A DNA stretch of 64,000 nt from Bacillus subtilis subsp. subtilis str. 168 (GCF_000009045.1 NC_000964.3:2480001-2544000); one strand, 5' to 3'; positions 39,103 to 51,717 are shown, counted from the stretch's first letter. Notes: a model not told the origin generated them from the letters alone. Numbers and translations: made by a program.

Positions 39103-40382
39103 CAGCTTGCTTTTTCTTTTCCATAAATATCGATTCCTGCTTCTGACAGCATCCATTCAATATGAACACCGTAGCCGCTTGTCGGGTCATTTACAAATAC
39201 ATGGGTGACAGCACCGATCACTTTTCCATTTTGAATGATCGGGCTTCCGCTCATCCCCTGTACGATGCCTCCTGTTTCTTTCAACAGTCTTGGATCGGTA
39301 ATTTTCAACACCATTCCTTTTGTCGCAGGGAATTTTTGCGGCGTTGTGCTGACGATTTCAATATCGAATTTTTCTACTTTGTCATCATCAATAACCGTTA
39401 AAATTTCAGCCGGCCCTTTTTTGACTTCGGTAGAAAACGCAACCGGCAATGCTTGATCTGATATGTTGTTTTGAATCGGCTGATGCAGTGTGCCGAAAAT
39501 CCCAAACGGGCTGTTTCTGTTAATATCCCCGATCGTTTTGCGTTCTGAGGAAAATCGCGCCAGTTTTTCTCCCGGATTACCGCCTGTCCCTTTTTCAATT
39601 GATGTTACAGTGGATTTAACGATTTCTCCATTCTCCACTACAATTGGTTTCTTTGTGTCCATATCGGAAATCACGTGGCCAAGTGCTCCGTATTTTTTTG
39701 TTTTCGGTTCATAAAAGGTCATAGTGCCGATGCCAGCAGCAGAATCTCTGATATATAACCCGATTCTGTATTTGCCTTCTCCTTCATCCTTTTCTGGGAT
39801 CAGCTTCGTTTTGATTTTCTGTTTATCACGTTTGATCAGTAAGTCTAAAGATTCACCAGTTTTCCCAGCCTTTTGAATAAATGGGGCTACATCATTCATT
39901 TTTTCAATTTTCTGTCCATTCATCTCAATAATGATGTCGCCCGCTTCAATTCCTGCCGTTTCTCCCGGAGATTTTTTGCCTTCACTTGTATTGATTTGAT
40001 GAAATCCGACGACAAGAACACCGACGGAATGAAGTTTTACACCGATTGATTGTCCGCCAGGTATAACTTTTAAATCAGGAAGAACATGCACTTTTGTTTT
40101 TTTAATTGGAAATCCGGCAAGATCATATACCAATTCTGACTCACCTGATTTTTTGCCCGTCACCTTGATTTCATGCGGATCTTTCTTTACTGTAAACGCT
40201 TCTGAGGATTCTGATGTCTGAGCGTTTACCGATAAACTCGTTTCAATCGCTTGTGTTTGGGTTTCAAATACTCTCATTTGCGTTGGAATCAGTAAATATT
40301 CTTTTAGCGGTTTGCATAAACCTACACTTAATAACGAAACAAGGAGAATTAAACCTACTGCTTTTCTGATGTTATCGGGCAT
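39102..40382 (-). CDS. spoIVB: SpoIVB PDZ serine peptidase (426 aa)
   Basis: PDZ domain; ALGHVI, GIGT, QGMSGSP. Confidence 0.96.
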
Positions 40383-40444
40383 TCACTACTTCACTCTCCT
40401 CGCTCCTATCCCACACCTTCTTTATGACTTGCTGCTACATCATT

Positions 40445-40475
40445 TAATTTTGCCTTCTGACGGCTTATTTATAAC
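40445..40475 (-). promoter_or_regulatory. Forespore SigF/SigG-type promoter of spoIVB
   Basis: GTTATA-15-GGCAAAATTA. Confidence 0.6.
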
Positions 40476-40527
40476 TGTCATATGAAGAAAAACATTGGAT
40501 ATACTGATGAACGAATGGATGTGCACG

Positions 40528-40559
40528 AAAAAAATAAGCTGCGCTTCTCGCGCAGCTTA
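40528..40559 (-). terminator. Terminator after recN
   Basis: taagctgcgc/gcgcagctta stem followed by tttttt. Confidence 0.8.
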
Positions 40560-42287
40560 CCCAGTTGTTTTGACTTGATCCGCTTGTTTTAAAAGTTCTT
40601 TCGCATGGCGTTTCGTTAAGTCGGTTACTTCGACACCTGCAATCATGCGCCCGATTTCCGCTACCTTTTCCTGCTTAGAGAGCGGCTTGACACGTGTCGT
40701 CGTTCTGCCGTCTTTTAACTCCTTCGCAATATAAAGATGCGTATCGGCCATGGCAGCCACCTGAGGCAGGTGTGTAATGCACAGCACTTGTGATCCTATT
40801 GACACCTTATGGATCTTCTCAGCAATTGCCTGTGCGACCCTGCCGCTTACACCGGTATCAACCTCGTCAAAAATGATCGATGTCACATCCTGTTGTGAGG
40901 AAAAAATGCTTTTTATGGCAAGCATCACCCGTGACAGCTCTCCACCTGAAGCGACTTTCGAAAGGGATTTCAGCGGCTCGCCTGTATTGGTTGAAATTAA
41001 AAACTTCACCAGGTCAATCCCTTGTTCAGTCAGCTGAACGGGCTGGCCGTTTACAAGCGGCGCCTCTTCATTGCGTGACGCTGTTCTGACCTTAAATTCC
41101 GTATCAAAAGTTGATTTTTCCATGTACAGGCTTTTTAATTCCCGATGAATCTCATCAGCCAGCTTTTTCGCCCATGTTTTTCGGATTTGTGACACATTTG
41201 CCGCTTCCACTGCGACATCTTTGCCGACGGAGTCAAGCTCCTTTTTCAAGCTTTGAAGGTGGCTGTCCCTGTTTTCAATTTGGTCAATCTCTTCTTCAAT
41301 TTTAGAAGCATATTCCAAAATGTCTTCAACAGTGGCACCGTATTTTCGTTTCAGCTGTTTGATTTCATTAAGTCGCGTCTCAATATAGTTCAGGCGTTCC
41401 GGATCAAATTCAAGCTCATCCAGCATATTTCTCATCTGAAATGTGGCATCCTCAAGCAAATAGTAGGAGTTCGAAACACTTTCAGACATTTTTTTCAGCG
41501 GTTCGTTTATATCAGATATATCTTCAAGCTGCGCTGATGCCATTCCAACCCAGTCCAATCCGCCCTGCTCACTGCGAAGCGCGTTATATGCATTTTGCAG
41601 CGACTCATATATCTTCTCAAAGTTTGAAATTTGCTGGCGCTCTTCTTGGAGCTGTTCATCTTCGTTAAGCTCAAGCTTTGCCGATTCGATTTCTTCGAGC
41701 TGAAATTGAATAAGATCAAGACGATGGGCCATTTCCTGTTCGCTTTCAGAAAGCTGCTTAAGCTTTTTGAGCAGCTTCACATACCGCTGGTACCCTTCCT
41801 GATACGTTTTGAGCGCGCTTTCCACTTCGGCCCCGGCAAACTTGTCCAAAAGCTGGAGATGATTTTCGTCTTCCATTAACAGCTGGTTATCGTGCTGCCC
41901 GTGAATATCTAATAAAAGCCTGCCGATCTCTCTTAGTGAAGCAATCGTGACAAGCTTGCCATTGACACGGCAAACGCTTTTCCCGCTCGTGCTGATATCC
42001 CTTCTCATGACGATCATTTCGTCTGAAACGTCGATTCCCTGCTCAGCGCATACGCCTAAAACAGGATGGCCGCTCTCCAACAGAAACAGCCCTTCAAGTT
42101 CGGCTTTTGCTTCCCCATATCTAACAAATTCAGATGATCCGCGGCCTCCGACTAAAAGAGAAATGGCATCTATGATGATGGATTTGCCGGCTCCGGTTTC
42201 TCCTGTTAAAACCGTAAGCCCGCGTTCAAAAGAAACCGTCAGTTCCTCAATAATGGCAAAGTTTTTAATCGATAGTTCAGCTAACAA
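40557..42287 (-). CDS. recN: SMC-like DNA repair protein RecN (TTG start)
   Basis: GETGAGKS, SGGELSR, FDEVDTG, ITHLPQVA. Confidence 0.97.
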   Translation of the reverse strand: MLAELSIKNFAIIEELTVSFERGLTVLTGETGAGKSIIIDAISLLVGGRGSSEFVRYGEAKAELEGLFLLESGHPVLGVCAEQGIDVSDEMIVMRRDISTSGKSVCRVNGKLVTIASLREIGRLLLDIHGQHDNQLLMEDENHLQLLDKFAGAEVESALKTYQEGYQRYVKLLKKLKQLSESEQEMAHRLDLIQFQLEEIESAKLELNEDEQLQEERQQISNFEKIYESLQNAYNALRSEQGGLDWVGMASAQLEDISDINEPLKKMSESVSNSYYLLEDATFQMRNMLDELEFDPERLNYIETRLNEIKQLKRKYGATVEDILEYASKIEEEIDQIENRDSHLQSLKKELDSVGKDVAVEAANVSQIRKTWAKKLADEIHRELKSLYMEKSTFDTEFKVRTASRNEEAPLVNGQPVQLTEQGIDLVKFLISTNTGEPLKSLSKVASGGELSRVMLAIKSIFSSQQDVTSIIFDEVDTGVSGRVAQAIAEKIHKVSIGSQVLCITHLPQVAAMADTHLYIAKELKDGRTTTRVKPLSKQEKVAEIGRMIAGVEVTDLTKRHAKELLKQADQVKTTG

Positions 42288-42323
42288 ACAGCATTACACC
42301 TCTTATCTTTGTTAGATTTTCTG

Positions 42324-42773
42324 TTACAGCAGTTCAAGGAGCCTGTTTTTTACGCCTTCTGTATCTTCAGGAGTCCGGCAAATAATTAAAATCGTATCAT
42401 CTCCGCAAATGGTCCCCATCATTTCATCCCAGTCCAAATTGTCCATCAGCGCCCCGATTGCCTGGGCATTGCCCGGCATCGTTTTCAGCACAATCATATG
42501 GCTTGCTGAGTCTATTTTCACAAATGCGTCCATCAATGCCCGCTTTAGCTTTGACAGCGGATTGAAACGCTGGTCCGCCGGAAGACTGTATTTGTAAGAA
42601 CCATTATTTGTAGGCACTTTTACAAGGTGAAGTTCTTTAATATCCCGTGATACCGTGGCCTGCGTTACTTTGTATCCATCCTGCTTTAGCATGTCGACCA
42701 ATTCATCCTGCGTTTCGATTTCATTGCTTGTAATGATCTCTCTGATTTTAATATGCCTCTGGCCTTTGTTCAT
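42324..42773 (-). CDS. ahrC: Arginine repressor/activator AhrC (ArgR)
   Basis: [20 protein letters not shown]. Confidence 0.97.
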   Translation of the reverse strand: MNKGQRHIKIREIITSNEIETQDELVDMLKQDGYKVTQATVSRDIKELHLVKVPTNNGSYKYSLPADQRFNPLSKLKRALMDAFVKIDSASHMIVLKTMPGNAQAIGALMDNLDWDEMMGTICGDDTILIICRTPEDTEGVKNRLLELL

Positions 42774-42847
42774 GTAAGCACCTCTATTTCCAAGCTTATC
42801 TGTTCTTTTATGTTATATGATTCTCTGCACATTGTACATGAATGCAG

Positions 42848-42877
42848 AAAAAAGGAATAATAGCGCCCTATTATTCC
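42848..42877 (-). terminator. Terminator after yqxC
   Basis: ggaataatag/ctattattcc perfect 10-bp stem followed by tttttt. Confidence 0.75.
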
Positions 42878-43716
42878 GGTACATCTGCTTTTTTTTCTTT
42901 TAACGTCTTATGTGCTTCTTCTACAACGCGCATGATCTCTTCTTCCGGCAGTTCCTGGCCTTCCTGTCCCTCTCCCGGCCAATGCAAATGAAGGAGAAAC
43001 TCAATATTTCCGTCTCCTCCCGTGATTGGAGAAAATGACAAGCCTTTACAGATATAGCCTTCAGCGGCAGAAAAACTGATCATTCGCTTGAGCACATCAG
43101 CATGCACTTTAGGATCTCTAACAATCCCTTTTTTGCCGACGGATTCCCGTCCCGCTTCAAACTGAGGCTTAACTAAAGCCATGCAGTCGCTGCCCGGTAC
43201 GAGCAAAGTCCTTAGGACAGGCAGGATGAGCCGCAGTGAAATAAAGGACACATCAATTGTGGCAAACTCCGGCATGCCCTTTGTAAAGTCTGCCGGTGTT
43301 GCATAACGAAAGTTCGTCCGTTCCATCACGACGACCCGTTCATCCTGTCTAAGCTTCCATGCAAGCTGATTATAGCCTACATCCACAGCGTATGACTGTT
43401 TAGCTCCATTTTGCAAAGCGCAGTCCGTAAAACCGCCGGTGGAGGAGCCAATATCAATCATAATTTTATCTTTGACAGAGACGGGAAATTCCTTCAACGC
43501 TTTTTCGAGCTTTAAGCCGCCCCTGCTCACATACCTCAGCGGGTTTCCTTTGACAGTTAACGGAAGGTCGCGGTCAATTTTTTCTCCAGGCTTGTCCAAG
43601 CGGTTTTCGTTTGAATAGACGATCCCCGCCATAATGGCTCTTTTGGCTTTTTCACGCGTTTCCGCCAGCCCTCTTTCCACTAATAATACATCTAATCGTT
43701 CTTTCTTTGACGTCAT
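42871..43716 (-). CDS. yqxC: TlyA-family rRNA 2'-O-methyltransferase with S4 domain
   Basis: [25 protein letters not shown]. Confidence 0.92.
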
Positions 43717-45614
43717 GATCCAATTCCTTTGTGTGTCTTTGGTGGCATCAGTAATCTAATACGATTTGCCACCTGCTGTTTTGTCAGTCCAATTTCCTCA
43801 AGAAGCGCTGTTACACTTCCGTGTTCAATAAACCGATCAGGTATACCCATTCTGTCAATCGGAGTATGATATTCACCTTGATCATGAGCGAATTCTAAAA
43901 TCGAGCTTCCGAAACCGCCTTCTAAGACCGCTTCTTCAATTGTTAAAATTGGCAAGCCTTCTTTTAGGATACTCTTCATCATCTTTTCATCAATCGGCTT
44001 AATAAAACGCGCATTCACAACGCGCACGGAAAGGCCTTCTTTCTGCAGCTCTTCGGCTGCTTCAATCGCCATTTCGATTGTTGTGCCGAATGTTAAGATG
44101 ACAGCATCGTTCCCTGGACGCAGCACCTCCCACGTACCGATCGGAATCGTTTTCAACTGTTCATCCATTTTTACGCCGAGTCCGTTTCCGCGCGGAAAAC
44201 GCATTGCTATCGGGCCTTCGTCATAGCTAAGTGCTGTATGAACCATGTGCTGGCCTTCATTTTCGTCTTTCGGCATCATTAAGACCATGTTTGGAATGTG
44301 GCGCATAAACGCAATATCAAACACGCCTTGATGTGTCTCTCCATCAGCGCCAACGAGTCCAGCACGGTCAATTCCAATAAACACATTAGCGTTTTGGCGG
44401 CAGATGTCATGAACAACTTGGTCATATGCCCTTTGCAGGAAGGTTGAGTAAATCGCCAAAAACGGCTTCATACCCTGCATTGCCATAGCTGCAGCCATTG
44501 TTGCGGCATGCTGTTCTGCGATTCCTACGTCGAACATCCGGTCAGGGAATTCCTTTGCGAAGCCTTCAAGCTTTGAACCGACAGGCATAGCCGGCGTAAT
44601 GGCTACAATGCGTCCGTCCTCGCGCGCCATTCGCTGCACAGTTCCGCTGACAAGACCGCTCCACGAAGGAGCTGCGGCTTTCGGCTTTACAAAGTCACCG
44701 GTATTAATTTTATATGGTCCGGTACCATGCCATGTCCCAATCGTATCGGTCTCAGCCGGTTTGTACCCCTTCCCTTTTTTCGTAATGACGTGCAGAAGAA
44801 CAGGGCCTTTCGTTTTTTTGGCGTATTGAAGATTCTCAATCAGCTCATGATAAGAATGTCCGTCCACTGGGCCCAAATACGTAAAACCGAGCTCCTCGAA
44901 AAACATTCCGGAGACGAGCATGTATTTCAGGCTGTCTTTGACCCGTTCCGCCGTGGCGGCAAGCTTGCCCCCAACTGCCGGAATCTTTTTAAATAAGTAT
45001 TCAAGCTCATCTTTGACCCACTGGTATTTCCCCGCAGTGCGGAGCCGTCCGAGCATAGAGTGAATGGCACCGACGTTTGGCGCAATACTCATTTCATTAT
45101 CATTAAGGATGACAATCATGTCTTTTTTCTCGTCGCCGATGTGGTTAAGGGCTTCGAGCGCCATACCGCCGGTCAGCGCGCCGTCACCAATGATCGGAAT
45201 AATATATTCATCCGTTCCTTTAATATCACGGGCAGCTGCCATTCCCATCGCGCCTGACAGAGAAGTCGAGCTGTGCCCGGTTTCCCAAACATCGTGCTCG
45301 CTTTCACTCCGCTTTGGAAATCCGCAAAGCCCTTTGTACTGGCGAAGCGTCGCAAATTCTTTTCCGCGTCCTGTCAGCAGCTTATGGACATACGACTGAT
45401 GGCCTACATCCCATAAAAATTTGTCTTTCGGGCTGTTAAATTCCTTATGCAGGGCAACAGTAAGCTCTACGACACCTAAGTTTGGGCCGATGTGGCCGCC
45501 GGAAGCGGATAAACTTGTAATTAAAAACTGACGGATTTCATCACTTAATTTCTCTAATTCATCAATGGACATGTTTTTTAAAAACGACGGGTCCTGTATT
45601 GATAAAAGATCCAA
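43713..45614 (-). CDS. dxs: 1-deoxy-D-xylulose-5-phosphate synthase (TTG start)
   Basis: [16 protein letters not shown]...LNDN, IAEQHA. Confidence 0.97.
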
Positions 45615-45746
45615 AGCGGATCAACTCACTTTCAGCATGAATTTCTGCAATGATACATGTCTTTTGCATGCCGAGCTGACAATAATCTCAGACATAAAAA
45701 AAGACAAACGCGCTTTTCCTTTTCATTTTTCATATAAACTGCTTAC

Positions 45747-45776
45747 ATTTTACCATACCTCGTGCAGCCGCTTCAA
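45747..45776 (-). promoter_or_regulatory. Putative SigA promoter of dxs
   Basis: TTGAAG-18-TAAAAT with an extended -10 TG. Confidence 0.55.
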
Positions 45777-45788
45777 ATTAGGATCGTT

Positions 45789-46679
45789 TTAGTGATCTCT
45801 TGCCGCAATTAAATCACAAAGCTCATATAAAAGGTCTTTTTGAAGAGAGAGTCCGCCGATCAATCGCTTCGCCTCTTTTATATGAACATCCAATTTATGT
45901 TTGGCCCCTTCCAATGAAAGAAGCGACGGGTATGTCGATTTGTCATTTGTGGTATCCGAGCCGACACGTTTGCCGATTTTCTCTTCACTGCCTTCTAAAT
46001 CTAAAATATCGTCTCTGATTTGAAATCCGATTCCAATGTGGCTGCTGAAGGTACGCAGTGTTTCAATGTCTTCCTCAGGCGCATCAGCCAAAATAGCACC
46101 GGCGATTACACAAAAGCCAAGGAGCTTGGCAGTTTTCCGTTCATGAATGGATTCGAGCTCTTCAAGCGTGACTTGTCGGTTTTCCGCTTCCATATCAGCT
46201 ACTTGCCCACCGACCATGCCTTCGGTGCCTGCCGCTGAAATCAGTTCATTCACAAGCCGCAGGCGCTTTTCTGCTGACACCTCGTCTGACACGTGGGAGG
46301 TAATCAGCTTAAAGCTTTCTGTGAGCAGCCCGTCACCCGCTAATACTGCCGTCGCTTCACCAAACACTTTATGGTTTGTCGGCTTCCCGCGGCGCAAATC
46401 GTCATCATCCATGCATGGAAGATCATCATGAATTAACGAATACGTGTGAATCATTTCGACAGCACAGCCCACCGGAATGCCGTCTTTTTCGCTTTTTCCA
46501 TATGCATTTAAAACAGCCAGTACAATCAGAGGCCGCAACCGCTTTCCGCCGGCCTGTAGAGAATATAGCATAGATTTCTTTAATGAGTCCGGCATATCAA
46601 GCTTTTCTGTATAGACAGAAAGCTGATTTTCAATTGTTTTTTTCCGGTCCGCCAGAAAGCTCGTTAATTTATTTGTCAC
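45789..46679 (-). CDS. ispA: Farnesyl/geranyl diphosphate synthase (296 aa, GTG start)
   Basis: [30 protein letters not shown]. Confidence 0.95.
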
Positions 46680-46923
46680 CTTCGTCTTCCTCCTGAACAC
46701 TGAAAGGTGCCAGTTCGCCGTCTTCTTTTAAAATGAAGTCCATTTGCTTTTCGACTTTTTGCAGCTTTTCATGGCACATTTTTGACAGAGCCATGCCTTC
46801 TTGGAAATAGTTAATGGCTTGCTCTAGAGGCACATCTCCCTCTTCAAGCTTTGATACAATGCTCTCAAGCCCTTTCATCGCTTCTTCAAATGTCATGTTT
46901 TCATTTTTTTTCACGTCTGTCAT
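46669..46923 (-). CDS. xseB: Exodeoxyribonuclease VII small subunit
   Basis: [17 protein letters not shown]...LEQA motif. Confidence 0.93.
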
Positions 46924-48266
46924 TTTTCTTCCCCTCTCTTTTCTAATACTTCACAGGTCAGCACGCCATCCTTCAGCTTGATTTCAAGCCGGTCCTGCTC
47001 TTCTATTTGACTGACACTTTTAATGAGTTTATCTTCTTTATAAGCCAAGCTGTATCCTCTTTCCATCACTTGAAGAGGACTTAGTGCATTCAGCTTGCCA
47101 AGAACGGTTTGAAATTGGGAATGCAGCTGCTTCATTTGGATATTCATATTTTTTCTCAGCTGATTTGTTTGTTCCTGGTATCGTGTTCTCGCTTGTTTCA
47201 GCTGTTCATGAGGATGCAATGCCTCTAATCTGTACGTTTCACGCTCCAGCTGTCTGCTTTTCCGATCTAAAAGAGCGGTCAGCTGTGCTTGAAACTGCTG
47301 GTACGCGAGGTCAAACTGCTGCTCTTTTTGCGCATACAAACGCTTTGGAAAACGAAAGGCATAGGACGATTGCAGCGTTTGTATCCGTTCTTTTTTCTGG
47401 CCGAGATGCTGCTGCATTGCTCTTGTCATTCTGACTTCCGCTGTTTTTGTCCGTTCGATTAAATCAGTGGTATGAGGCACAGCAATCTCAGCTGCTCCTG
47501 TCGGCGTCGCAGCTCTGATATCGGCGACAAAATCACTAATCGTAAAATCCGTCTCATGTCCGACTGCCGATATAATCGGAATATTGGAAGCAAAGATGGC
47601 GCGTGCTACAATTTCTTCATTGAATGCCCACAGTTCTTCTATCGAACCGCCGCCTCTCCCGACAATTAATACGTCGCAAATCTCTTTTTCATTTGCCTCT
47701 TCAATGCGCGTAACGATGGATCTGCTCGCATTTTCACCTTGTACGAGCGCTGGAAGAACAATGACTTTTACAAGGGGATATCTTCTTTTTAGAGTTGTAA
47801 TAACGTCTCTGACAGCGGCACCCGTTGGAGATGTCACAACCCCGATTGTGGCTGGAAATGCGGGGATTTGTTTTTTGTAGCGGTCGTCAAATAAACCTTC
47901 TCCGGCAAGCTTCTTTTTTAATTCTTCGTACGCTAAATAAAGCGCTCCAACCCCGTCAGGCTGCATTTCTTTGGCATATAATTGATAGTTTCCGCTCGGT
48001 TCATATACGGAAATTCCGCCTCTGACCAGCACTTTCATTCCGTTTTCAGGTTTAAAAGGCAGACGCTCGCTTTGTCTCGCGAACATCACCGACTGCATTC
48101 TTGCGTTTTCGTCTTTTAAAGTGAAATAAATATGCCCTCGTGTGTGTATCTTTACATTCGACAATTCGCCTTTAATCCAAATATTTTCAAGGTGAGGATC
48201 TACATCGAATTTTCGTTTTATATACTTTGTCAGCGCTGAGACGGTCACATACGCTGCTTCACCCAT
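46920..48266 (-). CDS. xseA: Exodeoxyribonuclease VII large subunit (448 aa)
   Basis: [26 protein letters not shown]. Confidence 0.95.
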
Positions 48267-48403
48267 GTCTAAAAACTCCTCTCCTAAGCATTCCTGCACC
48301 ATAACTAAAGAAAACCCGCCCTGGCTTTAGGAGCCTGAAGAAGCGGGTATCGTGCTCATATTCAAGGCGGGTAAACATTTCGCCTGTGAATATCTCCAAT
48401 TAT

Positions 48404-49255
48404 CTATGATAACGTACGTTTCGCAGATTTAACAGTATTATGCGCAAGCATCGTGATGGTCATCGGACCTACTCCGCCCGGAACCGGCGTTATGAAGGAC
48501 GCTTTTTCCTTTGCCCCTTCAAATTCAACGTCTCCGCAAAGCTTTCCGTTTTCCAGACGGTTAACGCCGACGTCAATGACAACAGCGCCCTCTTTGATCT
48601 GGTCTGCACTGATGAAGTTGGCTCTGCCGACTGCCACCACCAGGATGTCCGCTTTTTTCGTATGTTCAGTAATATTTTCTGTTCTTGAATGACAGTAAGT
48701 AACCGTCGCGTTTTCATTTAATAAAAGCTGGCCGACAGGTTTGCCGACAATGTTGCTTCGGCCGACTACAACAACCTCTTTACCGGAAAGGTCAATATTG
48801 GTTTTCTTCAAAAGCTCAACAATTCCATGAGGCGTGCAAGGAAGAAACGTATCTTCGCCAAGCAGCATTTTCCCTACGTTTAACGGATGAAAACCGTCTA
48901 CATCTTTATCAGGGGAGATACGTTCGATCACCGCTTTTTCAGAAATATGGTCTGGGAGCGGAAGCTGAACGAGAATGCCATGAAACTCAGGGTCTTGGTT
49001 ATATTGATCAATAATGGAAAGCAGTTCAGCTTCTGTGAGGCTGCTGTCAAATTGATCGAGCTTGAAATTCATTCCCATTGTTTCTGCCGCTTTTTTCTTT
49101 CCTCGCACGTAAGAGTGAGAAGCAGGATCATCTCCAATCAAAATAACCGCCAGTCCGGGAGTGACGCCTTGCTTTTTAAGCTCTTCTACCTCTTTTGCCA
49201 ATTGTTCGCGTTTTTCTCTAGCCGTTTCTTTTCCGTCGATGATTGTTGCAGTCAT
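48404..49255 (-). CDS. folD: Methylene-THF dehydrogenase/cyclohydrolase
   Basis: [25 protein letters not shown]. Confidence 0.97.
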   Translation of the reverse strand: MTATIIDGKETAREKREQLAKEVEELKKQGVTPGLAVILIGDDPASHSYVRGKKKAAETMGMNFKLDQFDSSLTEAELLSIIDQYNQDPEFHGILVQLPLPDHISEKAVIERISPDKDVDGFHPLNVGKMLLGEDTFLPCTPHGIVELLKKTNIDLSGKEVVVVGRSNIVGKPVGQLLLNENATVTYCHSRTENITEHTKKADILVVAVGRANFISADQIKEGAVVIDVGVNRLENGKLCGDVEFEGAKEKASFITPVPGGVGPMTITMLAHNTVKSAKRTLS

Positions 49256-49266
49256 TTTCTTTCCTC

Positions 49267-49662
49267 CTATGATTGTTCAATATCAGATTTAATGTTAGAA
49301 AGAACCCCGTTTACAAACTTTGTCGCTTTGTCATCACCAAACCGTTTTGCCAGCTCAATCGCTTCGTTCATGGAGACATTCACCGGAATGTCTTCGGCAT
49401 ATGCCATTTCATATGCTGCCAGGCGCAAAATCGCACGGTCAACATTGGCAATCCGATCGAGCTTCCAATTCACCAGATGCTTGGAGATCATTTCATCCAG
49501 CTGGTCTTGGTGTTCCAATACCCCGTGTACAAGCTGTTCAAAGAAAGGATCTGTTTTTTCTTCATCCAGTGCGTGTTCTATGGCTTCATTCACTGCAATA
49601 TCGCTGACATCAATTTGAAATAGTGCCTGCAAAGCTTTTTCTCTTGCTGTTCTTCTTTTCAT
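49267..49662 (-). CDS. nusB: Transcription antitermination factor NusB
   Basis: [29 protein letters not shown]. Confidence 0.96.
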
Positions 49663-49879
49663 TTTCTTTCTCCTTTGATCCTCTTTATCCGCTTGTCGTT
49701 AAGCCACAAAGAGATCATAACATATTTTTTTCGTATCCGCATATTGAAATCAAGGTTTTTTTACCCTATTACCGAATATTTTCACACACCTTAATATGAT
49801 TATTCGGATTTCACGTTCATGAAGAAACTCGGCTATGTAAGCCGGCTTTCTTCATGCTTTGAAATAAAGGGTAACGTGT

Positions 49880-49912
49880 AAAAAAACCAAAGGGCCGCCC
49901 TCCCCTTGGTTT
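49880..49912 (-). terminator. Terminator after yqhY
   Basis: aaaccaa(a)ggg/cccttggttt stem followed by a T-run on the minus strand. Confidence 0.7.
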
Positions 49913-49925
49913 CGTGTTAAGCCAT

Positions 49926-50333
49926 TTACATTTCTTCGTCGATTTGGACTTCTTGGGCTTTTGTGTCAAATTGAATGCCGACGATGTGAATATTGATCTC
50001 GTTAATCGAAAGAGACGTCATATTTAATAAGGTTTGACGAATGTTTTCCTGAACGGATGCTGCAACTTTCGGAATCGAAACGCCAAATGTAACGACACAG
50101 TATACATCGATCGTAATTCCGTCATCCGCCAGGTCGACTTTGACACCTTTGCCATGATTCACTTTGCCAAAGCGCTCAACGACGCCTGTCGCAAAGTTTC
50201 CGCGCATTTCGGCAACTCCATCAACTTCTGATGCTGCAATGCCGGCAATGACCTCAATGACCTCCGGTGCAATCTCAACCTTACCCAAATGCGTATCTTC
50301 GTGATCCATTTTAAGCAAGCTGTTGTCTTTCAT
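49926..50333 (-). CDS. yqhY: Asp23/Gls24-family protein, linked to acetyl-CoA carboxylase
   Basis: GKVEIAPEVIEVIAGIAA, GVKV, INIHIVGI. Confidence 0.92.
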   Translation of the reverse strand: MKDNSLLKMDHEDTHLGKVEIAPEVIEVIAGIAASEVDGVAEMRGNFATGVVERFGKVNHGKGVKVDLADDGITIDVYCVVTFGVSIPKVAASVQENIRQTLLNMTSLSINEINIHIVGIQFDTKAQEVQIDEEM

Positions 50334-50353
50334 TCAATTCACCTCCGTAAAAA

Positions 50354-51706
50354 TTATGAGCCCATTACATCATATGTTTCTAAAAATTTCGTATTAAACT
50401 CTCCGCTCACAAATGTTTCGTGTTCAAGCAGTTTTAAATGGAAAGGGATTGTTGTCTCAATGCCTTCGATGACGAATTCGCTCAATGCGCGCTTCATGCG
50501 GGCAATCGCTTCATCTCTCGTTTTTCCGTATGTGATTACCTTTGCAATCATGCTGTCATAGTACGGTGGGATGGAATAGCCAGGGTACGCAGCTGAATCG
50601 ACACGGACACCAAGACCGCCAGGAGGCAGGTACATTTTAATTTCACCAGGTGACGGCATGAAATTTTTGCTTGGGTTTTCTGCGTTGATTCGGCATTCGA
50701 TGGCCCAGCCTTCAAATTCAACATCTTCTTGCTTGAGGCTCAGTTCCATTCCTGAAGCCACTTTGATTTGTTCCTTGATCAGGTCAGTTCCCGTCACCAT
50801 TTCTGTGACTGGGTGCTCCACCTGGATTCTCGTGTTCATTTCCATGAAGTAATAGCGCTGTTCATTGTAGTCATAGATAAATTCAACTGTTCCAGCACCT
50901 GTATAGCCAACCGCTTTGGCAGCCTTTACCGCTGCATCTCCCATTTGCTCCCTGATTTCTGAATCAAGGGCAGGAGATGGTGATTCTTCCAAAAGCTTTT
51001 GCAGGCGTCTTTGGATCGAGCAGTCGCGTTCGCCCAAATGGATCGTATTTCCGTAGTTATCAGCAAGCACTTGGATCTCAACGTGGCGAAAATCTTCTAT
51101 GTATTTTTCGATGTATACACCTGGATTCCCAAATGCAGTTGCCGCTTCCTGCTGTGTAATCTTAATGCCATTAATCAGTTCCTCTTCAGTGCGGGCAACC
51201 CTAATTCCTTTTCCGCCTCCGCCTGCGGTGGCTTTTATAATTACAGGATACCCAATTTCATTAGCAAGCGAAACCGCTTCTTCCACATTTTCTATAATTC
51301 CCTGTGAACCCGGTACGATTGGCACGCCGGCCTGTTTCATCGTTTCCCGCGCAACGTCTTTTGTTCCCATTTTTGAAATGGCGTCAGCGCTCGGGCCGAC
51401 AAACGTGACATTCACTTCTTCACATAATTCAGCGAAATCAGCATTTTCAGCTAAAAATCCGTATCCCGGATGAATGGCGTCCGTGCCAGTCAGCTTTGCA
51501 ACACTCACAATATTTGTAACGTTTAAATAGCTGTCTTTTGATGCTTTCGGTCCGATACAAAAAGCTTCATCGGCCATTTGAACATGAAGGGCATCTTTAT
51601 CAGCTTCTGAATAAACAGCGACAGTCTCAATTCCGAGCTCTCTGCAGGCTCTGATGATTCTGACAGCAATTTCTCCTCTGTTGGCGATCAATAGCTTTTT
51701 AATCAT
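50354..51706 (-). CDS. accC: Acetyl-CoA carboxylase biotin carboxylase
   Basis: [23 protein letters not shown]. Confidence 0.97.
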   Translation of the reverse strand: MIKKLLIANRGEIAVRIIRACRELGIETVAVYSEADKDALHVQMADEAFCIGPKASKDSYLNVTNIVSVAKLTGTDAIHPGYGFLAENADFAELCEEVNVTFVGPSADAISKMGTKDVARETMKQAGVPIVPGSQGIIENVEEAVSLANEIGYPVIIKATAGGGGKGIRVARTEEELINGIKITQQEAATAFGNPGVYIEKYIEDFRHVEIQVLADNYGNTIHLGERDCSIQRRLQKLLEESPSPALDSEIREQMGDAAVKAAKAVGYTGAGTVEFIYDYNEQRYYFMEMNTRIQVEHPVTEMVTGTDLIKEQIKVASGMELSLKQEDVEFEGWAIECRINAENPSKNFMPSPGEIKMYLPPGGLGVRVDSAAYPGYSIPPYYDSMIAKVITYGKTRDEAIARMKRALSEFVIEGIETTIPFHLKLLEHETFVSGEFNTKFLETYDVMGS

Positions 51707-51717
51707 GTTCAGTCTCC

